Source of the DNA: Octopus sinensis
Taxonomy: Eukaryota
Length of the DNA: 64,000 bases
Assembly: GCF_006345805.1 (NCBI RefSeq)
Contig: NC_043001.1
Span: forward strand, 37,634,001 to 37,698,000
Direction: 5' to 3'
Part shown: one piece after another, positions 11,929 through 24,330 of the stretch
Numbering within the stretch: position 1 is the stretch's first letter
How the letters are laid out: the number at the start of each line of letters is the position of its first letter
Program-made: the position numbers and the translations under genes
Notes under the pieces: generated by a model
Database searches by the model: none
Told to the model about the DNA's origin: nothing
The model's input: the letters and a program-made list of their open reading frames with translations, nothing else

Positions 11929-12487
11929 TAATAATAATAATATTAAAATCAATAATAATGATAATAATAATAGTGATACAAACAACAGCAATAGTAACAA
12001 CAACAATATCATTATTAGTATCAACAATAGCCACAGCACAATTAATGCAATACTTAATGCTACCCACAATATTACCCCCACACAGCTATATAGAACCTGC
12101 AATTGTAGAATTAGCAGGAATTGTGTATTCAATAATAATTACATTAGAAAGGAAGTAGTATATCAATGTGTAGTAAGTACGCAATCTGGTAATATGGTAT
12201 ATGGAGGATCAACCCGGAATAATACCTTTAGAAACAGAAATAGGAGAAATTTTATGGGATTGAGCAATTACATATGGGAACTTAAGGATAAGGGAATTGA
12301 TTATAGCCTACATTGGAAGATCTTAATTACAGCACCGGCATATAGTACAAAGAATAGGAAGTGTATGTTATGTGTAAATGAAATTTTCTTCATGATTAAA
12401 GCCAACTTTCTGCTTGTAAATTCTCTTAAGGAGAGTAACGTTTCCTACCTTCACAAGACCAAGCACACCTTTTCTAAATACCATTAG
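10099..12487 (+). mobile_element. decayed Naiad-type Penelope-like element 3' ORF (RT thumb, Asn-rich linkers, Zn-finger-like motif, GIY-YIG), interrupted at 10384-11176
   Basis: ISKSISNLFSNEEIFDKHKDRYNKPLKNAGYKDKIKY, VWLIISFAMKINNIVKTIFRLINKHF..YCEIINNKTIRIGYRLTHNHANIISSINNRKL and CNCRISRNC..VVYQC..VYGGS..LSNYIWELK..WKIL..CMLC..LVN align by eye, in order, with the 37872-39221 ORF. Confidence 0.85.
10384..11176 (+). mobile_element. 5'-truncated R4/Dong-clade non-LTR retrotransposon (CCHC knuckle plus restriction-like endonuclease) inserted in (AAT)n
   Basis: WLRSSGLKVETEGFLIAAKDQSL, CRICGDGQETINHIISGC, RHDRVG; after one frameshift LWDMPIHTDREIKANRPDIVVRD..LIDVSIP..KYKDLEIE..IPIIVGALG..LRRTLSIQ*; short 3' UTR; flanked by AAT repeats on both sides. 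Confidence 0.88.
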
Positions 12488-12689
12488 TACTAGTTATTTA
12501 ATTCCCACTAGCACTAGTATCCCTCCTTTTTCATATCATAATAATAATATTTGTATTATTAACACCTTCTTATACATGGTCACCATATAATGTTTGCCAT
12601 ATCCCCACATTGCGCTATATGCCCTGGTTCTTCCCATCCTAACTAGTTTGCAATTAACCTTTTTTCCAGGTAGGTATCTGTATATACTT

Positions 12690-12986
12690 TTGAGTGCATG
12701 TATGCATGTATGAATATATGCATGTATGCTGTGTGTGCAGATGTATATATGTATGTATACTTGTATGTGTATATCTATGCATATGTGGGAGCGCATATAA
12801 GTACATGCGATTGTAACCCTATTTCTGTGTGTATATAGAGCTTTGTATGTATAGGTGAATATGTGTATTGTGTCTGTATGTATGAGTTGTGTTGTTTGAA
12901 TGAATATATATATATGTATATGCGTGTATGTGTATATATGTGTGTATGTATGTATATGTATGTGTGAGTATATTTGTGTGTACATG

Positions 12987-13018
<32 letters not shown>

Positions 13019-13200
13019 TATGTATATATATATCTATATATCTATATATATATACATGTGGATGTGTGTGTATATATATATACACATATTTTTGTGTGTG
13101 TATATGTATATACAGACTTATAGGGATGTGTATGTATGCATATATGTACATATTTATATAGGTATATATGAGAGGCCATGTAAGAAGCCATAAGTTTTTG
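12690..13200. repeat. compound (TA)/(TG)/(TATG) microsatellite field
   Basis: Directly visible low-complexity sequence. Confidence 0.9.
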
Positions 13201-15959
13201 GATGTTTACACACCTATGTATCCATAGTTGTGGAAATGGATACATACAAATGTGCACTTGTGTGGAGATAAGGGTGTGGGTAAGTACCAGTATGGATTTG
13301 CATGTATATAATGGTGTGCACACACGGATATGAGTGTGAATGTATATCTGATTAGTATTGATGTATATGTGGGTCTGTAGATATATTTGTATGCATGCTT
13401 GCTGGAGTGTGAGCATAGACAGGTACAGATAGGAATACCCCCATCACTTCCTGTCAACCAATGGTACGTTATTGTTTACCAATGGTACTCCATGCTCCTA
13501 TTAGGAATAATCTACATAAACCTAGCTTATACATTGGGGCTAAGAACCCCTCTCTTATGAACCTTTTGAAAATACATGTTGGACTAGTTCATCATACATA
13601 CTAGCACTTAGTAATTGAAATGCACCCTAGAAATGAGTAGAGTAATAATAATATAGCACACTATCCAGTAGCTTAAATTATAAATATAAGCCATTATGAA
13701 CAATTGGATAATTGAGTATAATATAATATAATATAATATAATTTACTATAGCTAAACTACCTAATACATCATAATCTATAGATACACCCTTATCTGAACA
13801 CAAATACCTCCGATTTGCAACTACAACTGATATTACCTCTTCCCTTAGACCTAAACTGAGTACTATTATAATACGGAATTAATTAATTAATTAAATTAAT
13901 TGATTAATTAATTAACTAGCTAGAAATAACGGGGTTACCCCACTTTAACTATACACAGAATTATCGTAGCTGTATATATATATATATATATATATATCCA
14001 TGTTAACATTTTCTTCAAGCTACCCCTTTTTAATAAAAACACTTAATTTAATACTATAAAACAGTCCCACTCCTTTAATGCTTTATATCTAATAATCTAA
14101 TATTCTATATTTTACTAGTATAAGCTTTAGCATTGAATAACTATAAGTTAGCAAAACAAACAACCACTATTCATCCAATCCAGTCCACTTTTGTCCCTAT
14201 TCACGAAATCCTTCTTCTTCTGCCTTTTGACAACAATGAATCCCCTGTTCAGCTCCTATATTATGTTCTTATACAGTAGATTCTCTTGATAGATAGATAT
14301 ATGTTTTATATGTTTATATTTTATACGTTTATATGGTTTTATTTTGCTTATGTTGTCCTTTAGGATCCTCTTCCCTTAGTCCTATTGTTTTAGTTATCGC
14401 ACTTACTTATTTACTTGTTTTTAATTTTATTTTGCTTATTTACTTGCCCATAATGGCCATGGTTTCTTTCTTTCTTTCTTTCTTTGATTTGTTTTGTTTT
14501 ATCAGTTAACTGTCAACGAATCGCAGCCATGCCATGGTTTTCAAAAAAAATGCTGATCAATTAGGTTGTAGGACTGACCATGACCCCCACTTCACTACAC
14601 ACACGGATTCCGAGACTTGTTGATTGGCAAAAAATAACAAACACTAACACCACACTTTGGTTCCACCTGGTTCCTTACTCTCATTAGTACACACATATAC
14701 CACATTTTCCTATGATGGGTTCATCATCATAGGTTGCATATGCCATACCATCTGCAACATTGCACCTACTAGCAAGCACTTTACATGTTCTTTCACCTCC
14801 ATAACACTGACCATACCTTCAAATCCACCACTGTATTTCTATGTAAACATAATGTGGAATTTCTATATAAACATAATGTGAACTATTGCCTAAATTCACC
14901 CTTCCTGAAAAAACTCCTCCTGAGAACGACTATATTCACCTATCCACAATTGGATGAAATAACATGGATCTTGGAATACATCATGGGAAGTCTGTAGCTT
15001 ATTCCTATACCCAAATAATTTTGATAAGTTGTGCTTCATTAACATCCTCATGTTTGCTCCTATTCTTTTTCTGCCCTTTCAAAAAGGCAATCACACTGTA
15101 TCTATTGTTAACTGTTTCTTATATGTATTAACCCTCCCAACCACTTAGACACTCCAAAGAAGCCTAGAGGCACATTCAGCGTCCAAACTTTATCTGCCTA
15201 TCCCTGCAGAACACTGAGGAGATGTAGATGGTATGGAGGATTTTGTTGCCTCTTGGCAGAAACGGCTGTAAGAAACTAGAACCTACAGTCAATCTGATCT
15301 TTAGCTCTTTCCTGTAATATTAGTACATGTGTGTGTAACACATAGTTATTTCATGTGTATGCATTCTTCTAATACTTTCTAATACTTTGGAATAAATAGA
15401 CATACTCGAATGTCTACTGGCTGATGTATGTCGTTTTTGTATCCTCCCCATATTCTTATTTGCTGTATAAATTAAGGGTAAACTACTTTTTACTGGCAGT
15501 AATATTATGTAAAAGTAATATTTTTGCAGTTTGTTTTTTATTCTTAATATTTACAAACCAGTGAATACCACAGAAGGAACATTATTGCCTATGATTACCA
15601 TGTCATAATCAATCTTTAGGTAGACTTTTTTTGTTGTAATCAAAGACAAAGTTGTTCTAAATACCTCATGCTTTTGAGCATTCACCTTAATGATTAGTAC
15701 TTAGTTCTAGTTTAATTGTACTGAGTAGATAAGTAATAAATTCTTCATTTAAAATGCTATCTGGGTAATAACTCAAAGCCTTAGTTGTTGACAAAATCAA
15801 AAATCTATACCTAAAATACTTAGGGCTTGAAGGAATCACAGCACTCTCCTACATCTAGCACTACTTGTACCAACACTGTCAAATCCTCCAACACTGAAAG
15901 CTGTGCAAAGTAATAATAATTCTAAAGTTCAACAAAAGCCAAGTGAAGAAGCATCATGT

Positions 15960-16220
15960 AGAATTATCACTCTACTATGTACTCACACATCTTTCACAGG
16001 ATCTTACAGAAATCAAGAGCACTATACTTTACAACTTTCCCTACTGCCTCAAAACATACACACAGCCTTATACACAAATAGAGTGGATAGTGTAGAGAGT
16101 TTATGTCTAGACTACAACACTGCATCTTATACCATTAAACACTGCTTGTTATCTGATCCTCAGATGAATGACATATCTGGAACAATGCACCGACAGATTG
16201 TTCTAATTGTTTTGCTCACT
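15960..16220 (+). mobile_element. possible I-group LINE C-terminal relic
   Basis: RNQEHYTLQL...LCLDYNTASYTIKHCLLSDPQM resembles a degenerate C-terminal CCHC region; weak. Confidence 0.35.
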
Positions 16221-18038
16221 TCCTAACAATCATAAATTTGCTTGATAAGAATTGACTTGCACTTACCCATGAACAATAATAATAACAGACTGTTCTTCAC
16301 ATCATTAGAACAATAGATCAGATAGCTGCCAAAGGCACGTCACAACTTACAGTTTACACACTGGAAGATACTCCAGTTGGTTTACAATCTGATATGGTTT
16401 ATTACTTCGTTATTTTGTTATTAGCTTATGAAGAGATCATTTCATGAGACTGAAAGTAGCAATAAGAAAACTCTTCAGAGTACCTTTTTCTAAGAAATCC
16501 TGAAATCAGTAGGATCTTTAGGAGTTCAATTTCTTTGTGACACCACCAATGGTATAAAGTGATTGAGAAGTAAGAAAGACTGTTTTGGCCTTTGCAGTAC
16601 AATACTTTAGTAACAGAAATCATAGTATTAAATACTTGCAAGAAGTAAATAAACAAAACAAATATATTTATGAATGGTAAGTGATCAATAATAAAGCAAA
16701 ACCAAGTCTCAATAAAGATGTTATATTATGAAAGTGAAAGCAAGTGTCATCTTCATATGTCACTGTTTGACTGCTGACAACAAAATATAATAAAGAATTG
16801 CCATCAAATCATTTAAGAGATCCATTTAACATACTCAGCCAAAATTCTGTTACACTTATATCAAATTTTAAAGGAGCTTGGCATTTTATCAACAAGAAAG
16901 AATTTCTACAGGAATATAACCAATTACTAACTTTAACCAAAATAGTTTTGCATAATTGAATTTACACTACAGATGTTAATGTCAATTTGTACTGAAATTA
17001 TTAAAGTTAAGCAGTATCAGCCAAGACTTACTTTAAGTAGATGATTGTTTAGAATTTTGTTTAATAGCTGACAAATAATTACCACTACCATTTTTACATT
17101 ACACTCTCAAATTTGTTCCATGGAAAAAGAAAAAAGGTTGGAGATAATATCTCAAGGATTCTAATTCATGTGTTCTGAATCAAACTTAGAAAAAAATTAT
17201 GCTAAAACTCAATCAGGTTTGAAATCACTATTGAGTAAGCACAAGATATTTAAGAAATCACATGATTCTCTTAAATAATTGGAATTTATTTAATGGGAAA
17301 ACATATCAATAGAAAATATCATGGAAGAATTAACTAACTAGTTGCGGTTGTTCATTCCATTTCTATAAGAAATATGTTTTTATAAATCATTAAAGCAACA
17401 CTTATTTATTAATACTTTATAGTGCAAACAAATGAAAAGAAATACTTTCAAATCAAAATTGTTTGGCAGATCATAATGGTGGTGAACAACTTAACAGGTT
17501 GGAATCATGATTCAAAGGTTGCTGGTATATTTTTATTATGCTTCTATGCTTTCAGCTTTATACTCAAGAACTGGCCAGGGCATTTGTAAAACACCTTTGT
17601 TACTTACTGTTTTTTTTTCTTTTTTTTTTTGGTATATTTTTTAATCATTTTCATTACATTCCCAACATATTTAAAAAGTTGTAATCTAATAATAAATTGG
17701 CATTACGAATTGGAAAGGAGTCCATTCAAAATCATTGTCACTCACATCTGAACATACTTCTTTCCATGTATTTTAAAACCATGAACATACTAAGCAATGG
17801 TTAAACTGATCTGTATTGTTAGCTTAAAATATAGAGTTGATATAATTCCATAAATAGTTCAAAAGTTGAAATATTGATACTGAGCCAACAAAGAAATCAA
17901 AATAATCTAATTAAGAGCTGGCAATTTAACATGACTAAGCTCTTAGTTGCCAATATATCAAATGACCTGGCATGTCATTAGACCTTCCATATACAATTAG
18001 GTTTTTGGATGATATCAAGAAGAGTCAATGCACCACCA

Positions 18039-18103
18039 TCAATACTACTACTACTACTACTACCATGACAATCACTGCCGCCGCCACCACCACCACCACC
18101 ACC

Positions 18104-18137
<34 letters not shown>

Positions 18138-18177
18138 TCGTCATCATCATCATCACCATCATCTATCATCATCATCA
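18039..18177. repeat. compound trinucleotide repeat (TAC)n/(CAC)n/(CAT)n
   Basis: Directly visible. Confidence 0.9.
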
Positions 18178-18500
18178 AGCGGAAGAAGATTTGATTATCT
18201 GTACAAATAGATGTTTTGTTGCTGCTGTTTAATGAAGAAGATGTTAACTGAAAATATCTTTAGTGGCATTGAGGTAAGTTTTTGTTTTAATGGCACCAAG
18301 TGCATTTTTTTTATTTTGAATGGAATCAAATAATACTTGAGATACAAAAGTGTTACATAGACTCTCAGTTTGTATGGTAGTAAGTAAAGATTATTTTTTG
18401 AATACACTTCATGTTATTAGTGTTCACATCTCACTAAACGGTATATGAACATTAATAGTACAAGGTCAAAGATACACACACACACACAAAGATATATATA

Positions 18501-18716
18501 CAAGGGGGTGCTGACAATCTCTTGGCTTTGTGTAAAAGAAAATACAGGTGGATCAGTTAATTATGATCTTATTCAACATATTCCCCTCTCTGATTGTCAC
18601 AATTATTGCAGCAGACTTTCAGTTTTTCTAAGCCCTGTAAAAGAACTTGGAAGGTTGGGTCTCCAACAAGGACTTTTGCGATACCCTTAAAGCCAGGAAC
18701 TTTTCAGCACCCCTTC
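18501..18716 (-). mobile_element. mariner-derived MITE-like deletion derivative (about 215 bp)
   Basis: TIRs CAAGGGGGTGCTGACAATCTCTTGGCTTT / AAAGCCAGGAACTTTTCAGCACCCCTTC, TA on the left; interior encodes only the transposase C-terminus (LEKLKVCCNNCDNQRGEYVE*) on the minus strand. Confidence 0.8.
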
Positions 18717-18984
18717 AAATATACATACATACATACACAAATGCATACATAACATATGTACACACACATACACAAACAGCATACATAAATACATGCATGC
18801 ATACATACATACATAGATACACACACACACACACACACACATACATATGTACATACATGCATACATACATCGCTGGCTCTTGAAATTTTTAGAGCTTGGA
18901 GAAAGGCTGGGCTTTCAATTATAAATCATAAAGATGTATCAACATTTCATTACATGTCACCAGATCAAAAGGAAAATCATGTCT

Positions 18985-19345
18985 TTACTGGCTTCGAACG
19001 TTTTTATCAGACCAGAGCAGACTTCTATGCATCTCTCTTTCAAATCGAATGTCTGCTGCTGAAGAGCACACTTTGTACATGCTTTCTGATATCCAAAGTC
19101 TTCTACCATCCTCTGTGACCACACTCTAGTTGTGCAGCAAGCTCAGAGATTGTGACTCATGAATCAATTTAGCCACTTGCTGGCGATTCATATCGGTGGT
19201 CACAGTTGATAATTTTCCTTTGCATAATTTATCTTCAATGCTGGTCTTCTGCTCCTGTCAAAGCGGCCATCTCCATAAAAACAATGTAGCCTTCAGTGGA
19301 TATGGAACAGTCTGCAAGCCTCCTTTATCAAGAACTGAGTGACGA
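18985..19345 (-). mobile_element. mariner transposase relic
   Basis: Minus strand: QEQKTSIEDKLCKGKLSTVTTDMNRQQVAKLIHE...DFGYQKAC..LKERCIEVCSGL. Confidence 0.6.
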
Positions 19346-19664
19346 CATATTACATCTGCTTAGAACATATTATTTACCTACAATTACGATAAACAGGAAG
19401 AAAAGAGGAGGACTTACTCTTTCAACATGTGCAATGTGAACAACCTATATATGCACACACAATGTGTTATCACTAGCTTTAAACGTCTGTCTTCCATACT
19501 AGCATCAATTGGACACTTTGACAGGATCTAACAAGTACAAAGATTGCATCAAATCCTGAGAATGTCTGCCTTGGCATGGTTTCTAAACCTTGGTGCTCTT
19601 CCTAATGCCAACCACTTTAAAGAATGTTCTTGAACGATATGGCTGGATGACAAGACACTGTATT

Positions 19665-19915
19665 AATATATATCAACCTCTAATTCAGTTTCCTAAAGGG
19701 TTTATAAGCACCAGTGCTTAAGTTTAAAGTCACATCAAGTAATTCAGCCACTTTCAGGTTAGTTTCTATTGTGACTTTGAGTCCAATGGAAAATAGTCTA
19801 TAGATTTTTATCTAAGCTTATCAAGTATGTGGCCATTCACTCTTCTCAATGTTGCCAAAAGTATTGACTCTGTAGAGGCCAAAGCCAGTTGAGAGGAACT
19901 CCTTATTTAGTAAGA
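19665..19915 (-). mobile_element. Naiad-type PLE reverse transcriptase fragment
   Basis: Minus strand: FGLYRVN..IGLKVTIETNLKVAELLDVTLNLSTGAYK, homologous by eye to GLYHDD..LGLKITLESNLTKANFLDVTLDLKTSLY in the 37872 ORF. Confidence 0.7.
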
Positions 19916-20211
19916 TTTATTCTCAATTAATTAAATCAAAGATTAAAAATGTCAATGAAGTCACACACACCATCACTGTCAAATGTCTCCATCACTACAT
20001 TGAAGGAGCCCTCTGGATTATTTCACTTGGTTCAGAGGGTCCCATCACCAAAATCTGAGGCTTTCCTTCAGCTTATTACATAAGTGTACGTATACCTCCA
20101 TGTGATTTCAAGGTCGATCATTCTGCCATCCCCACTTTAGGGCTCCTTACACACACATCAGCCCCATTCTGCCTGCACCTCAGCCCAATCCTACCTGTAC
20201 CTCATCGTGGC

Positions 20212-20686
20212 TGATGCTGGTGTCACATAACTGGCACCTGTGCCAGTGGTATGTAAAAAGCACCTTTTGAGTGTTGGGCCTCATGGAAGCAATATAGCCA
20301 ATGCCTGGTGTCACATAACTGGCACCTGTGCTGGTGGCACATGAAAAGCACCTTTTAAATGTTGGACCTCATGGAGGCAATGACAAATAACTGAGACAGT
20401 TGGCAATATGCCATGCTTGAGAAGAAAACTCATCACAGCAAGCCAAGTAAAATGTAGTCATGGCAGATACTAGTATCAAGCAACTGGCACCTGTGCCATT
20501 GGCATGCAAAAACACTCATTACACTCTTAGAGTGGTTGGTCTTAGGAAGGGCATTCAACCATAGAAACCATGCCAAATCAGACTGGAGTCTGGTGCAACC
20601 TTTCAGCTTACCAGCCTTGGTCAAACTGTCCAACCTATGCTAGCATGGACAATGGACGTTAAATGATGATGATAATGATGATGATA
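20212..20686 (+). mobile_element. SINE family B, modular
   Basis: Three repeats of TGGCACCTGTGC..TGGCA..AAAAGCAC modules, then GGAAGGGCATTCAACC and a (GAT)n tail. Confidence 0.75.
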
Positions 20687-20735
20687 TATATAAAACAAAA
20701 TAAACCATGAGAAATAAGATATTTATTTATGCCAT

Positions 20736-20771
<36 letters not shown>

Positions 20772-21075
20772 CTATGGAAAGCTCCATGCAAGGAGTGTTA
20801 TTGTTAGAGCGTAACCAAAATTAAGTAAATCAAGAATAGAGCAAAGTGAATGATGTGATAGCAGAATACTGAAAGCACAAATTCAAATGGGCAGGACACG
20901 TTGCAAGGTTCACAGAGAACAGGTGGACCCATGAAGTTGTTTAGTGGTATCCAAAAATTTGGAAGGCTTCTATGACAAATGGGAAGATGATTTAGTTAAA
21001 CAATTTGGACCAACATGGAAAAGAAGAGTGCAATCAAGAAAGAATCGGAAGTGCATCATGGTATATAACAACATC
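20772..21075 (+). mobile_element. RTE-clade LINE 3' fragment
   Basis: KFKWAGHVARFTENRWTHEVV*WYP..WEDDLVKQFGPTWKR. Confidence 0.8.
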
Positions 21076-21154
21076 CAATATTAATTGATAGACAGACAGA
21101 CAGACACAAACACACACAGATACACAAACATGCGCTCACACATATACAGACATG

Positions 21155-21603
21155 AGGCATAATGCAGTGGCCAGAACAGTCTGGAACAGGATAACCAAAG
21201 AGAAAACACCTACAGATGATATTTACCATATTGAGGTTGATGGGTCAAAAGAATATTGGTGGAACTTAAAAATAAAATAGCCACCAATTTACAACACCAT
21301 TAACCAGATATTGTTGGGTGGGACCACAAAGAAGAGATACGTTCTGTTGCAGAAATCAGCTGCCCACTGGACACCAATGTGGTTAGAAAAATTCAAGAGA
21401 AAGAAGACTTCTACAGACCATTGATAAAGCCCCAAGATACACTTTCAGCTTCACATCTATTATTACTGGAGCAACAGGTTATGTACCAACCTGTCTGAAG
21501 CAATGTATGGCTGAACTTGGGTTCTTGGGGAGAAAATGCTACAAAAGATCATGATAACTGGGACTTTAAAATCTGCAAGACCTTAAGATTTAAAGAAGGA
21601 TGA
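21155..21603 (+). mobile_element. RLE-type non-LTR retrotransposon 3' fragment (R4/NeSL-like)
   Basis: RHNAVARTVW..EYWWN..PDIVGWD..VAEISCPLDTNVVRKIQEKEDFY..IITGATGYVP..GTLKICKT, with stops and shifts. Confidence 0.7.
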
Positions 21604-21758
21604 ACAAAACTAGATGTTTTCCTTCATAACCTTTTTACCAAGTAGACAGCCAGTCGAAATTTATTCTAAATTAAAAAGAAAAAGTGAACAAACATACATA
21701 TGTACATACATTCATACATATATACAAACATACATACATACATACATACATACATACA

Positions 21759-21792
<34 letters not shown>

Positions 21793-21950
21793 CATACATA
21801 CATACATACATACATACATACATACATACATACATACATACATAATCTGTATTTTGGATATATGAAATGTTATCTTGTGAAAACCATCAGTTTTTACTAT
21901 AGTTATATCTATGTGTGTATGACTATATATATATATATATATATATATCA

Positions 21951-22259
21951 CCATGATCTCCGTGACCGACCAGGCTATCAGATGTTGCTACACATCACTG
22001 GTCACAATGTGCTTCACATTGTTTTAGCCTTCAAATGACACCACCCCACCGGTTAAGCGAGCAAGCCAACAGAAGAAAGAATGAGAGAAAGTTGTGACGA
22101 AAGAGTACAGCAGGGATCACCACCACCCCTTGCTGGAGCCTTGTGGAGCTTTAGGTGTTTTCACTCAATAAACACTCACAATTCCCGGTCTGGGAATAAT
22201 AACAGTGATCCTACAACTGCGAGTCTGCTGCCCTAACCACTGGGCCATTGCACCTCCAC
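21951..22259 (-). mobile_element. tRNA-derived SINE, family D
   Basis: Reverse complement of the 44694-44993 element. Confidence 0.85.
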
Positions 22260-22411
22260 ACACATATATATATATACATGGATAAGGATAAATATGGCCA
22301 GTCTATGGGGTTACTCAAGGCTTCACGTCCATAAAGCACTTGACTTTACATTGTTTCTTCAGACCCTAAAACCCATTAGCCTGTGGTCTCTCTGGTATGT
22401 ATGTATGTATA

Positions 22412-22684
22412 AATAATAAAAATAATAATGAAATTATTGTATACAGTGCTCAGGTGCACCACAACTTGTCAGAAAGTGCGTATAAAGTGTATGCAGTAAT
22501 GTACAAATGTCTGGAAAGCGAACAATATATGAGTCAGATACATGCTTGTGTGTGTATGGAGGGGAGAAAATCAGGTGTAGTGTTGGCGAATCTCAGAAAG
22601 CATGGAAGTTTTGAAGGATGCAGTGCTCCGACAACTAACAACTGATGCCGACAGTTTGTTCCATGCTTCAGCAACTCTCAGCGT
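22412..22684 (-). mobile_element. CR1/L2-type LINE 3' end
   Basis: Minus strand TLRVAEAWNKLSASVVSCRSTASFKTSMLSEIRQHYT*, then 3' UTR ending (ATT)n; related 3' UTR copy at 34901-35056. Confidence 0.8.
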
Positions 22685-23819
22685 ATGTATGTATGTATGT
22701 ATGTATGTATGTATGTATGTATGTATGTATGTATGTACGTATGTATGCATGTGTGCATTGCATGCATGTATTTGTGTATATGTATGTAAACAAAAACACT
22801 ACTGTGATTTTTCAGGATTTCTTAAAAATGAAATAAGATATAATCATAAGGAAAAAAGAAAACAATACATTTGTTTTAAGCACAATACTATGAATGATAT
22901 TGTCATGTTTATTTAATATAAATGATATCAAGTTAGAAAATACCAATTAATGACCAAGATTCTCATATAATATAACAAATAGAATCATTTTGTATCAAAT
23001 TTAAGACAACATCAATTACTTCAGTAAATCCCGTTCATCTGCTAAAAAATTGGCATATTCTAATAACAAAGTGTAAGAAAATAGTAAGAGAAGCATTCAT
23101 TTCAGTAACATGATTGCCAAAACAAATATCAAATAAAAGACACAGACAGCTCTGGCTTCATATAAATTTGCCATTGCAAAGAACCACATTTTCTAGCCAG
23201 TATGAGGTCATTGACTCTACTAAAGGAAGCAGCCAAATTTCTTTCAAATTGTACCCAACCATCTTAAAAATGTAAGGACACATTGGATAATACATTCCTG
23301 AGATGCTAAACTATGGGGATGGTCTGAAGAGCTTTTATCATAGACCAACAACAACCACTTTCTTTTGTCAGTTCATCTGTTTACAAAATCACTACATGAT
23401 TAAATTAGATTTTTGTCTGATTTTCATGTCTAATTGAGAGTCTGATTTTACTTTATTTAGGAAGGAAAAAAAAAGAAAAGCTGAATCTCGCAAAAGTAAT
23501 ATTGATTAATGGGCCTAGTCTGCTGTACTCAAGTACATATGACATAAAGCTAATCTTATTCAATGGCTCTAATTAGCAGTACCCTCAAGTACATCTATGA
23601 TACAAAGTAGTCATTGAATGAGCCCATACATGGCCAGCTGATCTTTTACAAATAACTGTCAAATCCCCCTCAAATCACACCCGACTATCTTTAAAAATGA
23701 ACATACTGGGAAATGCAGTCCAAGGTGCACTTCCCTGAGAAAAGAGGACAAAATATGGCATGACTACTTCTGATCAGAAGTCTATTTGATCAAGAAGTCT
23801 ATTTGAGGCTGCTTGCAAA

Positions 23820-24330
23820 GACCTGTTGAGGCAAGTGAAATCGAAATTGAAATCAAACTTGGTGACTGGCATCTGTTGCTAGTGGAGTGCTAAGAGTACC
23901 ATACGAGTGAGATCATTGCCAGAGCAACAAGCTGGCCTTCGTGCCAATGGCACGTTAAGCACACCATTCAAGTGTGATCATTATCGCGTCACCTTACTAG
24001 CACATGTGCTGGTGGCATGTGAAATATTTGAGCGAGGTCGTCACCAGTGCCGCTGGACTGGCGCCTGAGCAGGTGGCATGTAAAAAGCACAATTTGGGCG
24101 TGGCTGTTGCCAGTACCACCAAAGTGGCCCTCGTGCTGGTGGCACGTAAAAGTACCCACTACACTCTCAGAGTGGTTGGCGTTAAGAAGGGCATCCAGCT
24201 GTAGAAACACTGCCAGATCAGATTGGAGTCTGGTGCAGCCATCTGGTACGCCAGACCTCAGTCAAATCGTCTAACCCATGCCAGCATGGAAAGCGGACGT
24301 TAAACGATGATGATGATGATGATGATGATG
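23820..24330 (+). mobile_element. SINE family B, long modular copy
   Basis: Several GGTGGCA(C/T)GTAAAA modules, then GGAGTGGTTGGCGTTAAGAAGGGCATCCAGCTGTAGAAAC-like segment and AACCCATGCCAGCATGGAAAGCGGACGTTAAAC(GAT)n. Confidence 0.85.

Noticed and set aside
14920-14990. ATCCA/TGGAT hairpin followed by GAAA as a hammerhead
   Set aside because: The CUGANGA box is absent at the required position.
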